From Thermoplasmatota archaeon (GTDB lineage: Archaea; Thermoplasmatota; Poseidoniia; Poseidoniales; Thalassarchaeaceae): a DNA stretch of 30,403 nucleotides. Below, in pieces: positions 1 through 7,751 of the stretch. The notes under the pieces were generated by a model. It was given only the letters and a program-made list of their open reading frames with translations. It ran no database searches and was not told where the DNA came from. The position numbers were made by a program, and so were the translations under genes. The number at the start of each line of letters is the position of its first letter. Position 1 is the first letter of the stretch. The DNA lies in the NCBI GenBank assembly GCA_036153975.1, contig JAYZLU010000028.1, positions 1-30,403 on the forward strand, in the 5' to 3' direction.

Positions 1-287
1 GTAGTTAGCGGTCCCTTGATTGAAACCAGTCCCTCCAGCATCGCCGACTTGGTCTCCTCGGGAAGCCATTCGCCCGTGGCATCGAATGCCTTCTGACCTG
101 CGAGCACCTCGCGCCAGGCGATCTCGCGCTCGCCATCGTATGCGCGCTCGACCGCGGCGTCTACCACAGTCATCATCACCGGTGTGATGTCGATGCCGAT
201 GCCGTCGCCTTCGATGAAGTGCACAAGTGGGTGGTCGGGCACGCTGAGGAGGCCCTCGGACATGGTAATCGCAGCGTTCTCGGACAT
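1..287 (-). CDS. icd: NADP-dependent isocitrate dehydrogenase, N-terminal part (runs off the left edge)
   Basis: Not in the ORF track. Manual minus-strand translation from ATG 287 gives MSENAAITMSEGLLSVPDHPLVHFIEGDGIGIDITPVMMTVVDAAVERAYDGEREIAWREVLAGQKAFDATGEWLPEETKSAMLEGLVSIKGPLT, matching the E. coli-type Icd N-terminus (PxIEGDGIG..., IKGPLTTP). Alternative start at ATG 263. Confidence 0.93.
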   Translation of the reverse strand, partial: MSENAAITMSEGLLSVPDHPLVHFIEGDGIGIDITPVMMTVVDAAVERAYDGEREIAWREVLAGQKAFDATGEWLPEETKSAMLEGLVSIKGPLT

Positions 288-359
288 GTCTCTCAAGCCG
301 CCGACCGAGGCGTCACTCATGAAGCCAACCCTCATGTTCAGAGGCGATTGTGCGGGAGC

Positions 360-749
360 ATGCACGGGACTGTACGTTGGCTGAAGGGCGAACAGATGGA
401 AGGCGAAATCGGTGGAAAGAGGTTCGGGATTCACAGTGACAAGCATGCCGGACCGATGCAGATGGTGTTGATTTCCCACGGTGCTTGCTCGTTAATCGAC
501 GTGATAGCTGGCTTGAAAGACAGGATGGTCAACGTGCGCTCCTCCTGGGTCGAAGTGGATGCGGATAGGGCAGAGGATGCACCTCGCGTCTTCACTGCCG
601 TTCGGATGAAGTACGTCATCGAGGGGAACGTCCCCGAGAAGCTGGTCAATCGACTAATCGAGCAGAGTCACGAGAAGTACTGCTCCGTGGGCGCGATGAT
701 TACCGGGTCGGGAGCGACTCTAGATTGGGACTTAGACATACGTGTCTGA
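360..749 (+). CDS. OsmC/YhfA family protein
   Basis: Two conserved Cys in GACSLIDVI and EKYCSV. Start moved to ATG 360 because the annotated 219 start overlaps icd on the opposite strand. Confidence 0.85.
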   Translation: MHGTVRWLKGEQMEGEIGGKRFGIHSDKHAGPMQMVLISHGACSLIDVIAGLKDRMVNVRSSWVEVDADRAEDAPRVFTAVRMKYVIEGNVPEKLVNRLIEQSHEKYCSVGAMITGSGATLDWDLDIRV

Positions 750-789
750 TAATCCACGGCTTTTCGGGGGGTGGATTCACTCCAGATTT

Positions 790-801
790 TGAAATTTTCA
801 A
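790..801. promoter_or_regulatory. AT-rich palindrome TTGAAA-T-TTTCAA (789-801) in the osmC-nrdJ spacer, candidate regulator site
   Basis: Perfect 6-bp inverted repeat with a 1-nt spacer in an otherwise GC-rich genome, upstream of nrdJ. Function is inferred. Confidence 0.3.
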
Positions 802-913
802 CCCTGCAATCGGCCCTTCTTCCTCAATCATTAAACACCCCCCATTCGGAAAAGTGAATCCCTTGCGCGAGGCGGGTCCAATCCTGACCCACAGAGACAG
901 GAGATAGAGTAAG

Positions 914-3900
914 ATGCAGACGAGAGTGGACGTATCCGATGGTACTACCGAGGCGGAGAGCGGGCTTGTCATAGAGCGGCGTTTCACCTCGGTCGGCGAA
1001 GATCCGTTCGATTTATTCCAGTGGATCGAGATGGATGTCGAGATCAGAAACCCGGACGGATCTATGGCTGACTCGATTGAGGGCGTTAAACTGCCTTCTG
1101 GGTTCTCTGGAGTACCCGGGAAGGTATGCGCCCAGAAGTATCTGCGCAAGGCGGGCGTTCCGAGGCTACTTCGGAAAGTGCCCGAAGATGGGGTGCCTGT
1201 CTGGCTACAGCGAAGTGAGCCGGACCACGAGCGGCTTCAGACCATTGATGCCGCACAAAGAATGGGTGGTGAGAATGACGGGAGGGACCTCTTCCGTCGA
1301 CTTGCAGGGACCTGGACCTACTGGGGCTGGAAGTACGGATACTTCGCTAGCGAGGCTGACGCCCGCGCCTACTTCGATGAGATGTGCTACCTGATTGCGA
1401 GTCAGCGTTCAGCGCCCAACAGTCCCCAGTGGTTCAACACGGGTCTCCACTGGGCCTACGGCATAGAGGGGCCAGCCCAGGGACACAGCTACGTCGATCC
1501 CTTGACTGGCGGTTTGGCCTACTCAACCAATGCATACGAGCATCCACAGCCACACGCCTGCTTCATCCAGTCGGTATCGGACTCGCTCGTTGGTGGGCCG
1601 GACTCAATAATGGGGCTGTGGAGCCGTGAGGCTCTGCTCTTCAAGTACGGCTCGGGAACTGGTTCGAACTTCTCCAATATTAGAGGCTTCGGAGAGCCTC
1701 TATCGGGCGGTGGTTCTTCCAGTGGTCTGCTGTCGTTTCTCAAGATAGGGGACCGGGCTGCTGGGGCCATCAAATCAGGAGGGACGACCAGACGTGCTGC
1801 GAAGATGGTGACGCTGGATCTCGACCACCCCGACATCGAGGAGTACATCGACTGGAAGCCGACCGAGGAGGAGAAGGTCTCCGCACTGGTGATTGGCAGC
1901 GCGATTCTGCAGAAGCACGCCAACGGTCTGATGGAAGCGATTTGGGAGTACGGTGACGAGGAGGACAGGTTCAGCCAGCAGACCAACCCAGGGCTTCGCA
2001 GCGCCATGGTGCGGGCAATCAAAGACAGCGTGCCTGAAGCGCACATCCAGAGAATCGTCGATCTCGCCAAGCAAGGGTGGGAGAGCCTCGAGTTCCAAGT
2101 GCTCGACACCGACTGGCAGGGAGAGGCCTACATGACCGTCTCGGGCCAGAACAGCAACAACTCCGTCCGCGTTCCCAACTCGTTCATGGACGCTGTCATC
2201 TCCGAGGGGGAATGGAGCCTATTCTGGCGAACCGAGAAGGAAGCGGCAGCGGCAGAGGGAAGGGCCCCGTTGCCTTGCAAAACTCTCGATGCGAGTGCGC
2301 TGTGGGACAAGGTGGCCTATACTGCTTGGGCCTGCGCCGATCCCGGGGTCCAGTTCGACACGACGATCAACGAGTGGCACACGTGCCCGGCCGCAGGTCG
2401 GATTAACGGCTCGAACCCGTGTTCGGAATACATGTTCCTAGATGACACTGCGTGCAACCTCGCGAGCATCAACCTCCTTCCCTACTACGACCTCGACACG
2501 CACACCTTCCAGATTGAGGAGTTCCGTCACAGCGTTCGCCTATGGACGACGACCTTGGAAATCAGCGTGCTCATGGCGCAATTCCCTTCGGAGTCAATCA
2601 CTCGGAAGTCCTACGATTACAGGACACTGGGACTCGGGTATTGTAACATAGGCTCGCTGCTGATGCACATGGGAGCCCCCTACGATGACGAGAAGGCCTA
2701 CGCTATCTGTGGGGCCATAACCTCTATCATGTGCGGTGAGACCTATGCCACCAGCGCCGAGATGGCTTCCATCCTAGGGGCGTTCCCAGACTACGAGAAG
2801 AACTCCGAGGACATGCTTAGGGTGATGCGCAACCACCGGCGCGCCGCTTACGATGCCCCGAACGAAGAATACGAGGGTATCACCGTGCCCCCAATAGGGA
2901 TCAATGCCAAGAAGTGCCCGAAGGATCTCCTCGATGCGGCCCGCAGTTCCTGGGACCGCGCCGTACGGGAAGGCGAGGAGCACGGGTATCGCAACGCTCA
3001 GACCACGGTCATCGCTCCAACCGGGACCATAGGTCTGGTAATGGGTGCAGACACCACGGGCGTGGAACCTCAGTACTCACTGGTCCAGTTCAAGACCCTA
3101 GCCGGCGGCGGCTCTCTCAGAATCGTCAACAAGGGCGTGCCGAACGCGTTGCGTCGTCTCGGCTACTCAGACAGCCAGACCAAGGCTATCGAGGAGTACA
3201 TCATAGGGACTGGGCATCTGAGAGGCTGCCCCACACTCTCAGTCGAGCGTCTGAATAACGCCGGCTTCTCCGCCAAACGCCTGAAGAGCATCGAGGGCAA
3301 GATGAGCGACGTGTTCGATCTCCGCTCCGCCTTCGCCCCTTCAATCCTCGGCAGGAAGTTCTGTACCGAGACCCTCGGGATGTCGGAATCAGATTATGGA
3401 GACCCCTTCTTCGACACCCTCGGTTTCATCGGTTTCACCTCGGAGGAGGTAGCCTCGGCCAACGTCCACGTCTTCGGCTACAACACGATAGAGGGCGCAC
3501 CCGGACTGAGAGACGAGCATCTGGCGGTCTTCGACTGCGCCACTCCCTGCGGCAAGTACGGCAAGAGGTCGATTGCCTGGCCTGCCCACGTGAAGATGAT
3601 GGCTGCAGCGCAGCCATTCATATCAGGGGCGATATCCAAGACCATTAACATGCCATCCAACTCTACGGTTGAGGACGTGAGGGAGGCCTACAACCTAAGT
3701 CACGCCACGATGAACAAGGCCTGCGCAGTATACCGAGACGGGAGCAAGCTGTCGCAGCCGCTGATGAACCAGCTCGTGGACAAGCCCAATCTCACAGATG
3801 AGGGCGAGGAAGTGGTCGAGAAGATGGTCGAAGAGGCAGTCAAGACGTTGCCGCTTCCCGAACCGACGGCCAAACCGGTGGCCGAGGCCTTCGTGCAGGA

Positions 3901-4546
3901 TTACATCGCGACTAGGCGTCTCCTTCCGGACAGGAAGAAGTCTGAGAACATCAAGGCCAAGGTCGGTGGACACAGCGTTCGTCTGATTACCGGGGAGTAT
4001 CAGGACGGTAAACTCGGGGAGATATTCCTGCTTACGTCGAAGGAGGGGGCAGCTTGGAGAGCCATGCTGTCCCAGTTCGCCATAGCCGTCTCCATAGGAC
4101 TGCAGCACGGAGTGCCAATAGACGCCTTCGTAAAGTCATTCATATTCTCAAAGTTCGAGCCGAGCGGGATGATAGAGGGCGGTAGCGGCCGGGTCAAGAT
4201 GTCCTCGAGCATAGTCGACTGGGTGTTCCGGGAGCTGGCTATAGAATACGCCGGCAGGGATGACCTAGCTCACGTAGCGGAGGAGGATCTCGACCAGTTC
4301 TCCATCAGCAAACCCCATATCTCTGAGGTCGGCGTGGTTCGCAGTCAAGGCGAAAAGAGGGACGTCCAGATGACCCTAGAAGCATCCGTTGCCCCCCTGG
4401 GGAGTCTAGAGTCGCGAGCACGCCAGGCCGCCAAAGAGCGCGGATTCACCGGTGACATCTGCGACGACTGCGGTGGCAGTCAGATGGTTCGGAACGGGAC
4501 CTGCTTGAAGTGTAACGAGTGCGGTGCCACCACAGGGTGCTCCTGA
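914..4546 (+). CDS. nrdJ: Class II (adenosylcobalamin-dependent) ribonucleotide reductase with C-terminal TSCPD-like domain and zinc ribbon
   Basis: PNSPQWFN, HACFIQSV, catalytic NPCSEY, CNLAS and IAPTGTIG motifs; SKTINMP; C-terminal CDDCG...CLKCNECGATTGCS. AGGAG at 899-903 upstream. No ATP-cone or intein evident. Confidence 0.96.
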   Translation: MQTRVDVSDGTTEAESGLVIERRFTSVGEDPFDLFQWIEMDVEIRNPDGSMADSIEGVKLPSGFSGVPGKVCAQKYLRKAGVPRLLRKVPEDGVPVWLQRSEPDHERLQTIDAAQRMGGENDGRDLFRRLAGTWTYWGWKYGYFASEADARAYFDEMCYLIASQRSAPNSPQWFNTGLHWAYGIEGPAQGHSYVDPLTGGLAYSTNAYEHPQPHACFIQSVSDSLVGGPDSIMGLWSREALLFKYGSGTGSNFSNIRGFGEPLSGGGSSSGLLSFLKIGDRAAGAIKSGGTTRRAAKMVTLDLDHPDIEEYIDWKPTEEEKVSALVIGSAILQKHANGLMEAIWEYGDEEDRFSQQTNPGLRSAMVRAIKDSVPEAHIQRIVDLAKQGWESLEFQVLDTDWQGEAYMTVSGQNSNNSVRVPNSFMDAVISEGEWSLFWRTEKEAAAAEGRAPLPCKTLDASALWDKVAYTAWACADPGVQFDTTINEWHTCPAAGRINGSNPCSEYMFLDDTACNLASINLLPYYDLDTHTFQIEEFRHSVRLWTTTLEISVLMAQFPSESITRKSYDYRTLGLGYCNIGSLLMHMGAPYDDEKAYAICGAITSIMCGETYATSAEMASILGAFPDYEKNSEDMLRVMRNHRRAAYDAPNEEYEGITVPPIGINAKKCPKDLLDAARSSWDRAVREGEEHGYRNAQTTVIAPTGTIGLVMGADTTGVEPQYSLVQFKTLAGGGSLRIVNKGVPNALRRLGYSDSQTKAIEEYIIGTGHLRGCPTLSVERLNNAGFSAKRLKSIEGKMSDVFDLRSAFAPSILGRKFCTETLGMSESDYGDPFFDTLGFIGFTSEEVASANVHVFGYNTIEGAPGLRDEHLAVFDCATPCGKYGKRSIAWPAHVKMMAAAQPFISGAISKTINMPSNSTVEDVREAYNLSHATMNKACAVYRDGSKLSQPLMNQLVDKPNLTDEGEEVVEKMVEEAVKTLPLPEPTAKPVAEAFVQDYIATRRLLPDRKKSENIKAKVGGHSVRLITGEYQDGKLGEIFLLTSKEGAAWRAMLSQFAIAVSIGLQHGVPIDAFVKSFIFSKFEPSGMIEGGSGRVKMSSSIVDWVFRELAIEYAGRDDLAHVAEEDLDQFSISKPHISEVGVVRSQGEKRDVQMTLEASVAPLGSLESRARQAAKERGFTGDICDDCGGSQMVRNGTCLKCNECGATTGCS

Positions 4547-4554
4547 TCTGTTAC

Positions 4555-5478
4555 TCATATCTCGAGCTCGATGTTGAGGTTCTGAATCAGTTCCTTGTAC
4601 CGGTTCCTAATCGTGACCTCGGTCACTCCGGCCACCTCAGCAACCTCGCGTTGGGTGCGACGCTTGCCGCAGAGTACGCTCGCGATGTAGATGATCGAGG
4701 CGGCGATGCCCGTCGGTCCGCGTCCGCTTGTGAGTTCCTTCTCCTGAGCCGCAGCAATCAGCTCGTAGGCCTTCGCTTGGACCTCGGCGTCGAGATCCAG
4801 TCCCGAGCAGAAGCGGGGGATGTAGTCCTCGGGCTTGGTCGGTGGAATCTTCATCCTCAGCTCGCGGACCATGAAGCGATAGGTGCGGCCTATCTCCTTG
4901 CGGCCGGTTCTGCTCGCCTCGCCGATTTCGTCTAGGGTTCGTGGGTTCTCGCAAATCCTGCAAGCAGCATACAGGCTTGCAGCAGCGACGCCCTCGATGG
5001 AGCGGCCGCGAATAAGGCGTGCGTCGACTGCCTTGCCGTAAGTCACAGCGGCAGTCTCCCTGATGGTCTTGGGCAGTTCCAAACGGCTGGCCATCCTGTC
5101 CAGCTCGGCAAGCGCCATCGCCTTGTTGCGCTCAGTGGCGTTGCTGACTCGGGAGCGCTTCTGCCACTTCCTCATCCTGTAGAACTGGCTTCGGTACCTG
5201 CTTGAAATCGACTTGCCGGAGTAGTCCTTGTTCTGCCAGTCTATGTCCGTAGAGAGACCCTTGTCATGGAGCATGACCGTCATCGGTGCTCCGGTGCGGG
5301 CACGCTGGTCCCCTTGCTCGGGACTGAAGACTCGCCACTCTGCACCCTGGTCGATGACTTTGTCCTCGAGAACCAGTCCACAATCATCGCAAACGACCTC
5401 CCCCCTTGACTCGTCCTTGCTCAGACTTCGGCTTCCGCATTCATCGCACTTCACTGTGTCCTCAACTAGATATGGCAT
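4555..5478 (-). CDS. tfb: Transcription initiation factor IIB (TFB)
   Basis: N-terminal CxxC-x15-CxxC zinc ribbon, B-reader GAEWRVF...RARTGAP, and two cyclin repeats ([18 protein letters not shown]; [15 protein letters not shown]...[23 protein letters not shown]). Confidence 0.98.
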   Translation of the reverse strand: MPYLVEDTVKCDECGSRSLSKDESRGEVVCDDCGLVLEDKVIDQGAEWRVFSPEQGDQRARTGAPMTVMLHDKGLSTDIDWQNKDYSGKSISSRYRSQFYRMRKWQKRSRVSNATERNKAMALAELDRMASRLELPKTIRETAAVTYGKAVDARLIRGRSIEGVAAASLYAACRICENPRTLDEIGEASRTGRKEIGRTYRFMVRELRMKIPPTKPEDYIPRFCSGLDLDAEVQAKAYELIAAAQEKELTSGRGPTGIAASIIYIASVLCGKRRTQREVAEVAGVTEVTIRNRYKELIQNLNIELEI

Positions 5479-5482
5479 ACAT

Positions 5483-5536
5483 CCTCACCCCCTTTCGTAG
5501 AAAGGTATTAAATTCCCAAAAGACTACCTATTTAAG
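5483..5536 (-). promoter_or_regulatory. tfb upstream region: Shine-Dalgarno GGTGAGG (5483-5489) and TATA-like boxes TTTAATAC (5505-5512) and CTTAAATA (5529-5536)
   Basis: Motifs read on the minus strand. The SD lies 4 nt from the ATG. Which TATA box is used is not determined. Confidence 0.55.
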
Positions 5537-5643
5537 ACTGTAAGGTCGCAAACCGAATCTCAATCATTCGGCTGTCCTGCGTCAAGCCAATGCGAGAATC
5601 GTGATATACGGCGCGACCGTAGCAGAGATTGAGGAAGCGAGCG

Positions 5644-7638
5644 ATGTCGAACGTTCAGTGGCCCCCAAAGCGCGTGGCTCTGACGCCAGGCAAGCGCGTC
5701 CTCTTCCTGACCAAGGACCTCAATCTGATTCGCAAGCAGCTTTACGATGGTCTTGACCTCCGGATGGAGGACCTCTCGGTAGATGGCTTGCTCGACGACA
5801 TCAACACCGATGTGATGACGCCGGCGTGGGTCTGCTTCGACCACGATCCCTCTGTCATCGCGGAGAACGCCTACGCCGGGCTACTTCACGAGGGGCGACG
5901 GGTGTTCGAGCCGCGGGCGCTGTTGGATGGGGGCTTCGAGGCTATCGTATCTGGGCACCGCAAGGGCACCGGTTCAAGCCGGGAGACAGCAGCCCAGTGC
6001 GAACGCTGGTCGGGAGTCAGAATCGTCATAGCCGCCTCTTTCGCACCCATTCACGAACGCAACAACATCAACCTCGGACAGCTGATGGGCGACCACTCGA
6101 TGCTCAAGCGTCTGCAGCACGGAGAGAGTATCTCGCTGGTCGAGTTCACCTCGAAGTACGACCAAGTGACTAGGATGATCATCGAGAGCGGGGGCATCTT
6201 CCCCTTCGCCAAGAGTCTCAAGTCGGGAGAGATCGGACTTCCGGAACTGACGACGGGGACTCGCCCGATGACCATGGTAGAGAAGATGATTGCGGGCAAG
6301 TTGCTGAGTCAGAACGGAGCGCCTCGCTACGTTAAGCCGGGTGACGCTGTGCTGGCTCAGGTCGACGGTGGCTACTCACACGAGTTCACAACAGCTCAGG
6401 TTCACGAATTCCTGAAGTTGGAGTATGGTGATGACTACAATCTCCCAAATCCATCGAAATTTGCAGTTTTCGAAGACCATCTCCTGTACGCCACCGGCGT
6501 GCCCAAGTACGGTAGGTTCACCGAGAAAATACAGACGCTGCGAGAGATGCAGAAGATGTTTCAAAAGCGCACGGGAGTGCGCGATTACTCGGCCAAGGAC
6601 GGCATCAGTCCGGGCATCTGCCATCAGGTCGCACGCGAGGAGTTCATCGATGTTGGTGACTTCATACAGTCGACCGACTCGCACACCTGCATGGGTGGGG
6701 CGTCCAATGCTCTGGCCTATGGCGTCGGCTCCACAGAGTACGCCAACCTCATCCACAATCAGTTCGCCTTCGTCAACGTACCCGAGAGCATCCGCTTCGA
6801 GTTGGTCGGCGAACTAGACCCGGGCTGCACTGCCAAGGACGTCATACTGCACATCCTGTGGCTCTATGCGGCGAACTCTGAGACTCTCGACCGCAGCATG
6901 GAGTTCGGTGGGCCCGGTCTTACCGGCCTGTCAATGGACGAGCGGGCCACTCTGTGCAACATGGCAACGGAATGCAGCGCCAAGACCGGTATCTGCGAGC
7001 CCGACGACCTCACCGTCGAGTGGCTGCTGGCGCGTCGTGATGACCTGAACAAAGAGGAGATGTGTGCGCGCTTCGTGCTGCCGGATAAGGGAGCAGTATA
7101 CGATGGGGGCGTGCACACAATCGACCTCACTGAGATTAGGCCGATGGTCGCTCACCCCGGAGACCCAGACAAGGGCATCCCCTCTGACCCGACCAACGGG
7201 GCATACATCGACGAGATTGGCGAAATCGCCATCGACATCGCCTACGCAGGCTCCTGCACGGCGGGAAAGGACGATGACTTCTCCTACTACGCCAGAGTGA
7301 CCGAGGCGGCCCTAGACGCAGGACTGTCCATACCCTCGGATGTTGACTGCTACATCCAGTTCGGCTCAAAGACGGTCAAGGACCTCTCGGCTCAGATGGG
7401 GTGGACCGATCTGTTTGAGCGAGCTGGCGTGGAGCTAATCGACCCGGGGTGCGGGGCGTGCATCGGTGCCGGGCCAGGCATCAGCGATGACCCCACCCAG
7501 GTCACGGTCTCTGCGATCAATCGCAACTACCAGGGGCGTTCGGGACCGGGCAGACTGTACCTCGCGAGTCCGCTGACGGTTATGACCAGCGCATTCACCG
7601 GGAGAATCACGGCTTGGCATCCTGACATCTTCACCTAA
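5644..7638 (+). CDS. Aconitase-superfamily [4Fe-4S] hydratase, single chain with swivel (LeuD-like) domain first and LeuC-like domain second
   Basis: N-terminal DDINTDVMTPA and GTGSSRE (small-subunit motifs). From 6268, MTMVEKMIA (LeuC-like start), DSHTCMGGA, GSCTAG, PGCGACIG (3 cluster Cys), NRNYQGR. Start chosen at ATG 5644. Confidence 0.88.
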   Translation: MSNVQWPPKRVALTPGKRVLFLTKDLNLIRKQLYDGLDLRMEDLSVDGLLDDINTDVMTPAWVCFDHDPSVIAENAYAGLLHEGRRVFEPRALLDGGFEAIVSGHRKGTGSSRETAAQCERWSGVRIVIAASFAPIHERNNINLGQLMGDHSMLKRLQHGESISLVEFTSKYDQVTRMIIESGGIFPFAKSLKSGEIGLPELTTGTRPMTMVEKMIAGKLLSQNGAPRYVKPGDAVLAQVDGGYSHEFTTAQVHEFLKLEYGDDYNLPNPSKFAVFEDHLLYATGVPKYGRFTEKIQTLREMQKMFQKRTGVRDYSAKDGISPGICHQVAREEFIDVGDFIQSTDSHTCMGGASNALAYGVGSTEYANLIHNQFAFVNVPESIRFELVGELDPGCTAKDVILHILWLYAANSETLDRSMEFGGPGLTGLSMDERATLCNMATECSAKTGICEPDDLTVEWLLARRDDLNKEEMCARFVLPDKGAVYDGGVHTIDLTEIRPMVAHPGDPDKGIPSDPTNGAYIDEIGEIAIDIAYAGSCTAGKDDDFSYYARVTEAALDAGLSIPSDVDCYIQFGSKTVKDLSAQMGWTDLFERAGVELIDPGCGACIGAGPGISDDPTQVTVSAINRNYQGRSGPGRLYLASPLTVMTSAFTGRITAWHPDIFT

Positions 7639-7714
7639 ATTCTGCTTCATTCGCCCATCGAGGGGGGATTGTTCAAGCGCGGTCTGCGAGCCGTCGGAGG
7701 ATACCAAAGCAAGC

Positions 7715-7735
7715 CCCATGTCATCAGGACATGGG
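7715..7735 (+). promoter_or_regulatory. Perfect 8-bp stem-loop CCCATGTC-ATCAG-GACATGGG just upstream of the top6B ribosome-binding site
   Basis: Inverted repeat 7715-7722 / 7728-7735. SD-like GGTGGAGG follows at 7743-7750 and ATG at 7752. Confidence 0.45.
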
Positions 7736-7751
7736 AGGACTTGGTGGAGGG

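Noticed and set aside
219-359. N-terminal extension of the OsmC ORF, and ORF 184..384
   Set aside because: They overlap the clearly recognisable icd coding sequence on the minus strand; shadow frames.
914-4546. Possible intein in NrdJ given its length
   Set aside because: No C/S-start...HN-C/S/T splice junctions or LAGLIDADG motifs were seen; the length is explained by family insertions and C-terminal domains.
6390-6480. Short AT-richer stretch inside the aconitase-family gene (line 6421-6480 is 24/60 GC)
   Set aside because: Too short to separate from noise. It is a caveat for the 27940-28310 patch, which is several times longer.
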